Origin: Candidatus Woesearchaeota archaeon
Lineage (GTDB): Archaea; Nanobdellota; Nanobdellia; SCGC-AAA011-G17; GW2011-AR18
Direction of reading: 5' to 3'
Length of the DNA: 64,000 bases
Assembly (NCBI GenBank): GCA_964430545.1
Contig: CAYSFG010000007.1
Location: forward strand, 9,072-73,071
The translations under genes were made by a program, and so were the position numbers. The notes beneath the pieces are model-generated. The model saw only the letters and a program-made list of their open reading frames with translations. It was not told where the DNA came from and searched no databases. Shown piece after piece: positions 1 through 8,329 of this stretch. How positions within the stretch are numbered: the stretch's first letter is position 1; the number at the start of each line of letters is the position of its first letter.

Positions 1-2
1 GA

Positions 3-1058
3 CAATCCCATATCATTATTTTTCAGGTCAATGCCCATAAAGATGCAAAAGAAGGAATATATAGTGGAGGTCTTGAATTTACTTCAAGCAGTGGTTCTTT
101 AAATACAGAAAAATTAAAAATAGAAGTTAAAAGATTAAAAAAATCAATAACAACAACAGGAATATTTTTTACTCCAGAAAAACTTACTCCTGGGAAAGAA
201 GGTTCAGTTAAGATAATAATTAAAAATACTGGGAGATCAACTATAAAAGATGTAAAAATAAAGATTGATACTTCAAATTCTTCAACGCCATTTATTACTA
301 TAGGTTCAACTTCAGAAAGAAAAATACAAAACATTAATGCTGATGAAGAAGCTGAAGCTACATTTAGTATTATTGCATTACCAAGTTCAGTTCCAGGAAT
401 CTATAAAGTTCCTTTAATAATTAGTTATATTGATGAATTCGGGAGTGAAAACTCTAACACAGAGATTTTAGGCGTTATTATTAGTGCGCCTATACAATAT
501 GAATTAATAATTTCAGATAGAACTGTTTTTGTTAAAAATGATAATGGAGTAATAACTGTTAGTATATCTAACAATGGTCCTTCTCCTATAAAATATATGA
601 CAATTTCACTGCTTCCTTCAGATAATTATGATATTCTTTCTAAAGATAAAGTATATGTGGGTAATCTTGATCCTGATGATTTTGAATCTGTTGATTTCAT
701 AATAAAATCAAAAAAAGAAGGTGATATAAAATTATTATTAACATATAAAGATGTTTTTAACAATGAATATTCTGATAACAAAGAATTAAATTTAAAATTA
801 TACTCAAAAAGTAAAGCAATAGAATATAATTTAATAACTAGGGATGGATTAATGCCTAAATTAATTAATATAATAATAATTTTAATGATTATTTCAATAA
901 TATTCGAATCATTTAAAAATAAAAGTATAAATAAAGGAATTAAAGCAGCTTTTGTAAACTTATTTGTAAACATTATAAGATTTTTTTCTGCATTAAACCC
1001 AAAAAATATCAAAGCCTCTATAAAAAAAATAAAACAAAAGGCTAAGGACAATGATTAA
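3..1058 (+). CDS. Partial CDS, 5' end outside the window: secreted/surface protein with CARDB/COG1361-like beta-sandwich repeats and a C-terminal TM anchor
   Basis: The frame beginning at nt 3 is open continuously into the listed 597..1058 ORF. The translation has repeated 'TPGKEGSVKIIIKNTGRSTIKDVKI'-type segments like CARDB/DUF11 domains and a hydrophobic C-terminus (LINIIIILMIISIIF). It ends 8 nt inside the downstream FtsX permease gene. Confidence 0.55.
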   Translation, partial: QSHIIIFQVNAHKDAKEGIYSGGLEFTSSSGSLNTEKLKIEVKRLKKSITTTGIFFTPEKLTPGKEGSVKIIIKNTGRSTIKDVKIKIDTSNSSTPFITIGSTSERKIQNINADEEAEATFSIIALPSSVPGIYKVPLIISYIDEFGSENSNTEILGVIISAPIQYELIISDRTVFVKNDNGVITVSISNNGPSPIKYMTISLLPSDNYDILSKDKVYVGNLDPDDFESVDFIIKSKKEGDIKLLLTYKDVFNNEYSDNKELNLKLYSKSKAIEYNLITRDGLMPKLINIIIILMIISIIFESFKNKSINKGIKAAFVNLFVNIIRFFSALNPKNIKASIKKIKQKAKDND

Positions 1059-2274
1059 AGATTTTTTTCTTCTTGCTTTAAGAAATCTTGTAAGAAGAAA
1101 GTTAAGATCATGGCTTACTATGATTGGTATTTTCATAGGAATAACTGCTTTGGTTTCTTTAATATCTTTAGGCCAAGGTTTAAAAGTAGCAGTAAATGAA
1201 CAATTTGTTAAACTAGGAACAGATAAAATAATTGTTTCACCTGGATCATTTGGTTCTGGACCTCCTGGAAGTTCTTTAGTTAAACTTTCAAATCATGATT
1301 TAAACATAATAAAAAAAATTCAAGGTATAGAAGGTGTTTCACCTATGACATTTAGAACCGTTAATATAGAATTTAACAAAAGAAAAAAATCTCTAGTTTT
1401 ACATGGTATATCTCCTAAAAATAGTGAATACAAAATTATTAAAGAAGGCCATAGTATTGATCTTCTTAAGGGCAGAGATCTTAAACCAGGAGATAGTAAA
1501 AAGGTTATTGTTGGTTATGATTTTAATTATAATAATAAATTATTTAAAAAAATTGTTAATTTAGGCGATAACATTATTATTGAAGGAGAAAGTTTTAAGA
1601 TTATAGGTATAATTAAAAAAACAGGAAGTCCAATTGAAGACAAAGTTAGTTATATTACCTTAGAAGATGATGAAGATATTTCAGGGAAAAAAGACCAATA
1701 TGATTTTATTTACGCTAAAACCATAAAAAATATTAAACCTGATTTATTAGCTAATAAAATAAAAAAAGAATTAAGAAAAGATAGAAATGAAAAAGAAGGT
1801 GAAGAGAGTTTTAGTGTTGAAACATTAGAAAATATTGGTAATATTTTTAATAATATTTTATTCATTGTTCAAGCAGTTATTATGGGCATAGCAAGTATTT
1901 CTATTATTGTTGGCGGTGTTGGTATTATGAATACTATGTATACTTCTGTGCTTGAAAGAACTAAAGAAATTGGTGTTTTAAAATCAATAGGTGCAAAAAA
2001 TAGTGATATTTTAATTATTTTTTTAATAGAATCTGGTATGCTTGGAATAATTGGGGGTCTTATAGGAATAATTTTAGGTATATCACTAAGTAAATCTGTT
2101 GAAATAATTGCTTCAAAAATATTTGGTTCTAATCTTATAAGAGCAGAATTTTCATTATATCTTATTATAGGAGCATTACTATTTTCCTTTTTAATTGGAA
2201 TGTTATCTGGTTTATTGCCTGCTTATCAAGCCTCTAAGCTAAGGCCTGTTGAGGCTTTAAGATATGAAGGCTAA
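1051..2274 (+). CDS. ABC transporter permease, FtsX/MacB family (no fused ATPase)
   Basis: N-terminus 'LALRNLVRRKLRSWLTMIGIFIGITALVSLISLGQG' is the typical MacB/FtsX first TM plus extracytoplasmic domain. The C-terminus has three TM helices with a 'GILGISLS...' FtsX signature. Confidence 0.8.
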   Translation: MIKDFFLLALRNLVRRKLRSWLTMIGIFIGITALVSLISLGQGLKVAVNEQFVKLGTDKIIVSPGSFGSGPPGSSLVKLSNHDLNIIKKIQGIEGVSPMTFRTVNIEFNKRKKSLVLHGISPKNSEYKIIKEGHSIDLLKGRDLKPGDSKKVIVGYDFNYNNKLFKKIVNLGDNIIIEGESFKIIGIIKKTGSPIEDKVSYITLEDDEDISGKKDQYDFIYAKTIKNIKPDLLANKIKKELRKDRNEKEGEESFSVETLENIGNIFNNILFIVQAVIMGIASISIIVGGVGIMNTMYTSVLERTKEIGVLKSIGAKNSDILIIFLIESGMLGIIGGLIGIILGISLSKSVEIIASKIFGSNLIRAEFSLYLIIGALLFSFLIGMLSGLLPAYQASKLRPVEALRYEG

Positions 2275-2474
2275 AAAATTAAAGATGTATAGTAAGGAAA
2301 AAAATTATTTAATACAATAAATTAATTCTTTTTCATTATAATAATTAACAACAAACTTAAATAATTTATTTATTTTTTCTTCTGGTTTCTTTGTAATAAT
2401 TACTTTTGTTATTGGAATTCTTTAAATTACAATCAAAAGAAAACCTTATAAATGATATCTAATTTCAATATTTT

Positions 2475-3053
2475 ATGGGTCTTTACAAATATCTATCAGA
2501 GTTAGGAAGAGAACATTCAAAAGAAAATATAAAATTTGTTAGAGAACGTTTAATTGAATGGCGTCAAGAAACAGCGGTAGTAAGAATAGAACATCCTACA
2601 GATTTAATTTCAGCTAAAAGATTAGGTTACAAAACTAAAAAAGGTGTAATTTTAGTAAGAGTGAGATTAAAGAGAGGCGGAAAACATAGACCGTCTATAA
2701 GACACGGTAGAAGATCAAGAAATTTCGGTCAGAGATTAGTTCTTAAAAAAAGTTATCAATGGATTGCTGAAGAAAGAGCAAATAAATCTTTTCCTAACAT
2801 GGAAGTTTTAAATTCTTATAATGTTGCTAGAGATGGAATATTTGCATGGTATGAAGTAATATTATTAGATAGATCAAATTCAAGTGTTCTTGCTGATAAA
2901 GAACTCTCTTGGATAGGCAATGGTAAACATAAAGGTAGAGTTTACAGAGGTTTAACTTCTGCTGCTCGTAAATCTAGAGGTTTATTAAATAAAGGCGAAG
3001 GTGCAGAGAAATTACGTCCAAGTTTAGGATCTCATTCAAGAAAAGGTAAGTAA
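2475..3053 (+). CDS. rpl15e: 50S ribosomal protein L15e
   Basis: Full-length similarity to archaeal L15e (YKYLSELGRE..., RIEHPTDL, LGYKTKKGVILVRVRLKRGG, FPNMEVLNSYNV, GKHKGRVYRGLTSAARKSRGL). Confidence 0.9.
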   Translation: MGLYKYLSELGREHSKENIKFVRERLIEWRQETAVVRIEHPTDLISAKRLGYKTKKGVILVRVRLKRGGKHRPSIRHGRRSRNFGQRLVLKKSYQWIAEERANKSFPNMEVLNSYNVARDGIFAWYEVILLDRSNSSVLADKELSWIGNGKHKGRVYRGLTSAARKSRGLLNKGEGAEKLRPSLGSHSRKGK

Positions 3054-3088
3054 ATTATTCTAAAAAAATTGGTGAAATTTACACTAAA

Positions 3089-3457
3089 ATGGTAGATAAA
3101 ATTAGTCATAACCATGTAATATACATTCATGAAAGAGGGTTTAAGGTAGTTGAAAATCTAATTCCTGAACATCCTGATTATCCTTATTTATTATTAAAAA
3201 ATATTCAAACTAAAAAGTCAAATTCTACTATTGAATATCATCCTAGTAAGAGTTTTAGTAAATTATGTGAAGATAATTTTCATCCATCAATTAATTCAAT
3301 TGAAGATTTAGTTTATAAAATTGAAAATATAATTGCTTCAACAAAAATCTATGAGAATAAATTATTTACAACTAAAAAAGAAAAAAAAATAACAATTTAT
3401 GTTGAAGATAAATCATGGAAAGAAACTACTGATAGATTAGAAGATATTTACAAATAA
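3089..3457 (+). CDS. Hypothetical protein
   Basis: 122-aa ORF with no recognisable motifs; called from intergenic position only. Confidence 0.35.
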   Translation: MVDKISHNHVIYIHERGFKVVENLIPEHPDYPYLLLKNIQTKKSNSTIEYHPSKSFSKLCEDNFHPSINSIEDLVYKIENIIASTKIYENKLFTTKKEKKITIYVEDKSWKETTDRLEDIYK

Positions 3458-3638
3458 AATTTAATTAAAAAAGATATGATTTTATATAATAAAAATAGTA
3501 TTGTATGCTAATTATAACATTAATATAAGTTTTAAAATTTTATTTTTCCTAATATCTCAAGTTCTTCCAAAACCAACATTACTATAGGTGAAAATATTAT
3601 CAAGATTATTAATAATAACATAAAAATTTCAAAAAAGC

Positions 3639-3845
3639 TCATTTTAATGCTAGTTTTAAATCTCCAGATTTTATTGTTTTTCTTCCAGAATGTTGTGCTA
3701 TTCTTACAGCTTTTTGTCCTAACTCATATGCATAAGATTCTAATATTTCTTTTAATGTTTCTTTTGCCTCTTCACTTACTCTTGGAGCCCCACATTTCTT
3801 CAACAATTTCTCCATTGCAGCTAAAGGCAATATTTTTACATCCAT
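3639..3845 (-). CDS. Archaeal histone (HMf-like histone fold)
   Basis: 68 aa; 'LPLAAMEKLLKKCGAPRVSEEAKETLKEILESYAYELGQKAVRIAQHSGRKTIKSGDLKLAL' matches the archaeal histone fold consensus (..ARV..DA...L...LEE......A...A.HAGRKT....D..LA). Confidence 0.85.
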   Translation of the reverse strand: MDVKILPLAAMEKLLKKCGAPRVSEEAKETLKEILESYAYELGQKAVRIAQHSGRKTIKSGDLKLALK

Positions 3846-3876
3846 AAAAAATTTAGTGTTATTATTCTTAATAAAA

Positions 3877-4125
3877 CTATCGTTTTAGTCTTATTTTCTT
3901 GAATTTAAGATAACTTCCACTTAAAAAACCCAACAAAAGCACAATTATAATAAAAACAACTATCAAAGCTAGTATTGTTGATATAAATAAAAATAATAAC
4001 ATGAATATTATAACAATACTTATTGCAATCATTATTCTATTTAGTATCGGAATTTTTGTACTTAATTTTAAGAATATAAATACACATAAAAGTACTAATA
4101 AATAATATATCAGTTGTTTTATCAT
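3877..4125 (-). CDS. Small hydrophobic membrane protein (hypothetical)
   Basis: 82-aa ORF that is almost entirely two or three TM helices; could be spurious in AT-rich DNA. Confidence 0.3.
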   Translation of the reverse strand: MIKQLIYYLLVLLCVFIFLKLSTKIPILNRIMIAISIVIIFMLLFLFISTILALIVVFIIIVLLLGFLSGSYLKFKKIRLKR

Positions 4126-4144
4126 ACTTATAATTTATATATCC

Positions 4145-5188
4145 TTGTATTTTAATCTTTTTATGCTTAATGATAAAGAACTTATAGAAATAAAGAAATT
4201 AATAGAAAAATCAACTAATCCATTATTTTTATTTGATGATGATCCCGATGGTGTTTGTGCTTATCTTATTTTAAAAAGATTTTATAAAAAAGGTGATGGT
4301 CTTGCTACTAAAGGCCCGCCAAATTTAGATTATTCTTACATTAATATTATTAATAAATATAATCCAGATTTAATTATAGTATTGGATAAACCTTCAATTG
4401 ATCAAGATTTTATTGATGAATGCCCTTGTAAAATATTATGGCTTGATCATCACCCTTTAGTTGAAAGAAATAAAGTTCATTATTTTAATCCAAGAAAACA
4501 TGGTATAAATGTTCCTACTACTTATTTATCTTATCAAGTAACTAAATCAGATTTATGGATTGCTACCTTAGGTTGTATTTTTGATTATTCTATCCCAGAC
4601 TTTATTGATGATTTTATTAAAAAATATCCGGATTTAATAAGTGAAAAAACTAAAGATCCTGGTGATATTATTTTTAAGTCTAATTTAAGTAAATTAATTA
4701 GAATATTTTCATTTAATATAAAAGGAGAATACAAAGATGTTAAAAAATCTTTAAGATATTTAGAAAAAATTGAATCTCCTTATGAAATATTAAATAAAAC
4801 AACAGAATATGGAAAATTTATTTACGAAAGATATGAAAAATTAAATAAAGAATATATTAAACTTTTAGAAAAAGCTGAATCTGCTAAGACTGAAGACAAG
4901 ATATTTTTATTTTTGTATCCTTCTTTTAAAACTAGTTTTACCACAGAATTAGCTAATGAATTGATTTATAAAAATCCAGATAAAATTGTTATTATAGCAA
5001 GAGAAAAAGATAATAAAATTATGATGAGTTTAAGATCTAGAAATATTAAACTTCCTGAGATAATTCAAAATGCTCTAGTTGGTCTTTCAGGTTATGGTGG
5101 AGGTCATGATTATGCTTGTGGTTCTTCTGTTAAATATGAAGATTTTGATAAATTTATAGATAAGTTAAGAGAACAATTAAAAGATTAG
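4145..5188 (+). CDS. DHH/DHHA1 family phosphoesterase (NrnA/RecJ-like)
   Basis: 'LFDDDPDGVCA', 'LDHHPL' (DHH motif) and C-terminal 'GGGHDYACGSS' (DHHA1 GGGH motif). Confidence 0.75.
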   Translation: MYFNLFMLNDKELIEIKKLIEKSTNPLFLFDDDPDGVCAYLILKRFYKKGDGLATKGPPNLDYSYINIINKYNPDLIIVLDKPSIDQDFIDECPCKILWLDHHPLVERNKVHYFNPRKHGINVPTTYLSYQVTKSDLWIATLGCIFDYSIPDFIDDFIKKYPDLISEKTKDPGDIIFKSNLSKLIRIFSFNIKGEYKDVKKSLRYLEKIESPYEILNKTTEYGKFIYERYEKLNKEYIKLLEKAESAKTEDKIFLFLYPSFKTSFTTELANELIYKNPDKIVIIAREKDNKIMMSLRSRNIKLPEIIQNALVGLSGYGGGHDYACGSSVKYEDFDKFIDKLREQLKD

Positions 5189-5228
5189 TTTCCATATGTT
5201 TATATATAAAAATAATTAATAAATTTAT

Positions 5229-7157
5229 ATGAAAAAAATATTAATTTTATTTTTAATATTATCATTACCTGTAGTATATTCTCAACCTATAGATAATTTC
5301 AATGATTATAATTATTTAGATATTTCATTTAGTATATACGGTAAATTAAAATTAATTCAAGATGGTTCAAATCCTGTTATAAAAGAATTAACTGCCAATT
5401 TAACATTCTTCCCAAAAAAAGAAACTAATCAAGATGTTTTGTTTATTAACGAAAGATCAAATCCAAACAGTGAAATAAATATCAATAAAGACAATATAGG
5501 TTATTATTGGGAAAAACCTAGTTTAGGTGATTATAATTTTGGTTTTGATTCTACAACAAAAATAAAAAATACAATTATTATAATAAATAAAAAAATAAAA
5601 TTTCCTGTTTCAGATATTGAGATTAATTACATTAAGCCTACAGAATTTATAGATATTAATGAAGATATAAAGAACAAAGCCTTAGAATTAGCACAAGGTA
5701 AAGATGATCTTTATCAAGTATCTTTTGATATAGCTAGCTGGGTTGAAGATAATATCAAATATAATTTAAGTACTTTAACTGCTAATATTGTTCAAAAATC
5801 TAGTTGGGTTTTAAAAAATAAACAGGGTGTTTGTGATGAATTAACAAATCTTTTTATTTCAATGATGAGATCTTTAGGTATTCCAGCAAGATTTGTTTCT
5901 GGTATGGCTTATACAAATTTAAATAATGATTTTGGGCCTCATGCTTGGGCTGAAGTTTATTTTCCTGAAAAAGGATGGATTCCTTTCGATATTACATATG
6001 GTCAATTTGGTTGGGTAGATCCAACCCATATAAAACTTAAAACCAATATAGATTCTGGTGATAGTTCAGTTATATATTCATGGAAGTCATCAAATGTTAA
6101 ATTTGAATCAGATAAAATTGATTTAAAGGCAGATATAATAAAAAAATATGATAAAATATCATCTCCTATATCATTAAAAATAAAAACACTAATAGATAAT
6201 GTTGGTCCTGGCAGTTATGTACCAGTTGAGATTGAAATTATTAATAATAATAATTTTTATGTACCAGAAACTGTTTTTGTTACTAAATCTTTTAATTTAA
6301 CTGAAAAAAACATAAAAAGTAAATTATTAAAACCATTAGAAACAAAAAAAATATTCTGGATAATGCACATTTCAGAAGATATTGAATCTGGTTATAGTTA
6401 TTCTGGTATTATAGAAATTAAAGATATATTTAATACAATAACTAATACTAAAATTTCTTATTCTTCTAACTTAAAAATTATATCATTAAAAGACGCCCAA
6501 GATTTGATTTCTAGTAAAGAAGAAACAGAAGAAAATAAAGTTTATTCTCCAGAATTAAAATTAAAATGTTCTTCAAAAGAAAATTTTTTAAATTATGAAA
6601 ACGTAAATATAGAATGTGATATAAAAAATGGTGGTAATACATTGCTTAAGAACATAAATACTTGTATTATTAATAACTGCCAAAATATTCCTGTTTTAAG
6701 TATTTCAGAATCTAAAAAGTTAAGTTTTGATTTTGATAATCTTAGTAAAGGATTAAATAATATAATAATAAAATCAAACTCTAATAATATAGAAACAACA
6801 GATATAATCCAATTAAATATATTGGATTCTCCTGAACTTAAGATTTATGACATAAATTATAAAAATATAATTAATTATAATGATAATTTTGAAATTAAAT
6901 TAGATTTAACATCAAAAGTTCCGGTAAAAAATGTTGTTTTGTATATGAATGATAATCCTATAAATTTAGGAGATATTGAAAATAGTAAAAAATTAAATAT
7001 AGAAACTAATGGGAAAAATTTGAAGAATATTTTAAAAATAAAAATTAATTATAAAGATGATAATGATAAAGATTATATTTTTGAAGAGGATTATCCTATT
7101 GAAATAATAAATATTCCGTGGTATATTAAATTATTTAGAACCATAGGAATTTTATAA
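5229..7157 (+). CDS. Secreted transglutaminase-like cysteine protease domain protein
   Basis: N-terminal signal peptide (MKKILILFLILSLPVVYSQ). Transglutaminase core 'GVCDELTNLFISMMRSLGIPARFVSGMAY...GPHAWAEVYFPEKGWIPFDITYGQ' carries the Cys/His/Asp triad context. Confidence 0.75.
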   Translation: MKKILILFLILSLPVVYSQPIDNFNDYNYLDISFSIYGKLKLIQDGSNPVIKELTANLTFFPKKETNQDVLFINERSNPNSEININKDNIGYYWEKPSLGDYNFGFDSTTKIKNTIIIINKKIKFPVSDIEINYIKPTEFIDINEDIKNKALELAQGKDDLYQVSFDIASWVEDNIKYNLSTLTANIVQKSSWVLKNKQGVCDELTNLFISMMRSLGIPARFVSGMAYTNLNNDFGPHAWAEVYFPEKGWIPFDITYGQFGWVDPTHIKLKTNIDSGDSSVIYSWKSSNVKFESDKIDLKADIIKKYDKISSPISLKIKTLIDNVGPGSYVPVEIEIINNNNFYVPETVFVTKSFNLTEKNIKSKLLKPLETKKIFWIMHISEDIESGYSYSGIIEIKDIFNTITNTKISYSSNLKIISLKDAQDLISSKEETEENKVYSPELKLKCSSKENFLNYENVNIECDIKNGGNTLLKNINTCIINNCQNIPVLSISESKKLSFDFDNLSKGLNNIIIKSNSNNIETTDIIQLNILDSPELKIYDINYKNIINYNDNFEIKLDLTSKVPVKNVVLYMNDNPINLGDIENSKKLNIETNGKNLKNILKIKINYKDDNDKDYIFEEDYPIEIINIPWYIKLFRTIGIL

Positions 7158-7417
7158 AAAAATCAGTTTCGTAGTCCATTTTATAATAAATATTATTTTA
7201 GTTCCAGCTCCTGTTGACTTTGCTATTTTTTTAATAGTGTCTATGGTTTTTATTATTTTTAAATAATAGTATTAAATAATTTTCTATGTCGATAATAAAA
7301 CTTGATTTCATAAATGATCTTTCTTTACCGATAGTCATATTATTTTTACGTAATGTAAGCTTAAGTTATACAATTCTTCAATTCTTTTGCGAACTTCTCT
7401 AGGTTTAAGTAAAAAAA

Positions 7418-7528
7418 CGAGCCCAGAGGGATTCGAACCCCCATTAAAAGGTATCTTCAAAAAAATATTAATATATAATTTAAATTTACTTCCGAAGCCT
7501 TTTGTCCTATCCGTTAGACTATGAGCCC
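7418..7528 (-). tRNA. tRNA-Arg (anticodon UCG) with a ~39-nt intron at the canonical 37/38 position
   Basis: Minus-strand cloverleaf: acceptor GGGCUCA/UGGGCUC (two G-U pairs), D-arm GUCU-AACGGAUA-GGAC, anticodon stem AAAGG/CCUUU, loop C-U-UCG-G with intron following, T-arm GGGGG-UUCGAAU-CCCUC, discriminator G. Exon CUUC pairs with GAAG at the intron 3' end, consistent with a BHB motif. Confidence 0.7.
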
Positions 7529-7604
7529 TTTTATATAATAACAATTTAACTTTATTTAAAATTATCTTTTTAGAAATTATTTATTTAATAAAGAAATATA
7601 AGTA

Positions 7605-8297
7605 TCATCCCCATTTTTCTTTATTTATTTGTTCTTCTTTTATCCCTAATTCTTGCAATTTTTTAATTGTATCGGTAACCATTAAAGGAGGTCCACATAT
7701 ATAAAAGTCTTGATTTATATTTTTTAAATATTTTGTTAATATATCTTGTACATGTCCTTTTTCTCCTTTCCATTTTTCATTAGGCCTACTTAATATTAAA
7801 ACTAGATTTAACTTACCATATTTATTATAGTCTTTTAATTCTTTTATATAACATAAATCTAATTCTTCTCTTGTTCCATATATTAAGGTTATTTTTTTAT
7901 TTATTTTTTTCTGTATTAATTCTCTTATCATACTCATTAAAGGTGTTACACCAACACCTGCAGCTATAAATACTATATCATTTTCAGATTCTTTATAATT
8001 AAAATTTCCATAAGGTCCCTCTAATATTGTCAAATCACCTATATTAAGATTAAATAATAATGGGGATAATCTCCCTTTATCTTCAACTTTTATACAAAAT
8101 TCTAAATAATCATCTTTATTTGTATTTGCTATAGAGAAAGCTCTTTTTAATGGTTTTCCGTCTACTTCAATTCCAAACATCATAAATTGCCCAGGTATAA
8201 AATTAAAATCTTTATCTATTTTTACTTGAAAAATTTTTATTTTAGATCCTATTTCTTCTATTTTTTGTATTTTCCCAATATAAGTTTTTACAGTCAT
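7605..8297 (-). CDS. FAD/NAD(P)-binding oxidoreductase, ferredoxin-NADP reductase (FNR)-like, without an Fe-S domain
   Basis: 'RAFSIA' (RxYS-type FAD motif), 'IAAGVGVTPLMSMIREL' (NAD(P) GxGxxP motif) and a C-terminal 'CGPPLM' motif. Confidence 0.7.
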   Translation of the reverse strand: MTVKTYIGKIQKIEEIGSKIKIFQVKIDKDFNFIPGQFMMFGIEVDGKPLKRAFSIANTNKDDYLEFCIKVEDKGRLSPLLFNLNIGDLTILEGPYGNFNYKESENDIVFIAAGVGVTPLMSMIRELIQKKINKKITLIYGTREELDLCYIKELKDYNKYGKLNLVLILSRPNEKWKGEKGHVQDILTKYLKNINQDFYICGPPLMVTDTIKKLQELGIKEEQINKEKWG

Positions 8298-8329
8298 ATT
8301 TTTAAGAGATAATATAATATTTATAAAAG

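Noticed and set aside
23-1051. Minus-strand ORFs 23..334 and 626..1051
   Set aside because: Antisense to the continuous plus-strand CARDB-like ORF that enters from the window edge.
7418-7528. Possibility that the tRNA-like elements are on the plus strand
   Set aside because: The TTCGAA/TTCAAA T-loop cores are near-palindromic. Only the minus-strand reading gives a UUCGAAU/UUCAAAU T-loop, U8, U33, a paired acceptor stem and sensible anticodon stems.
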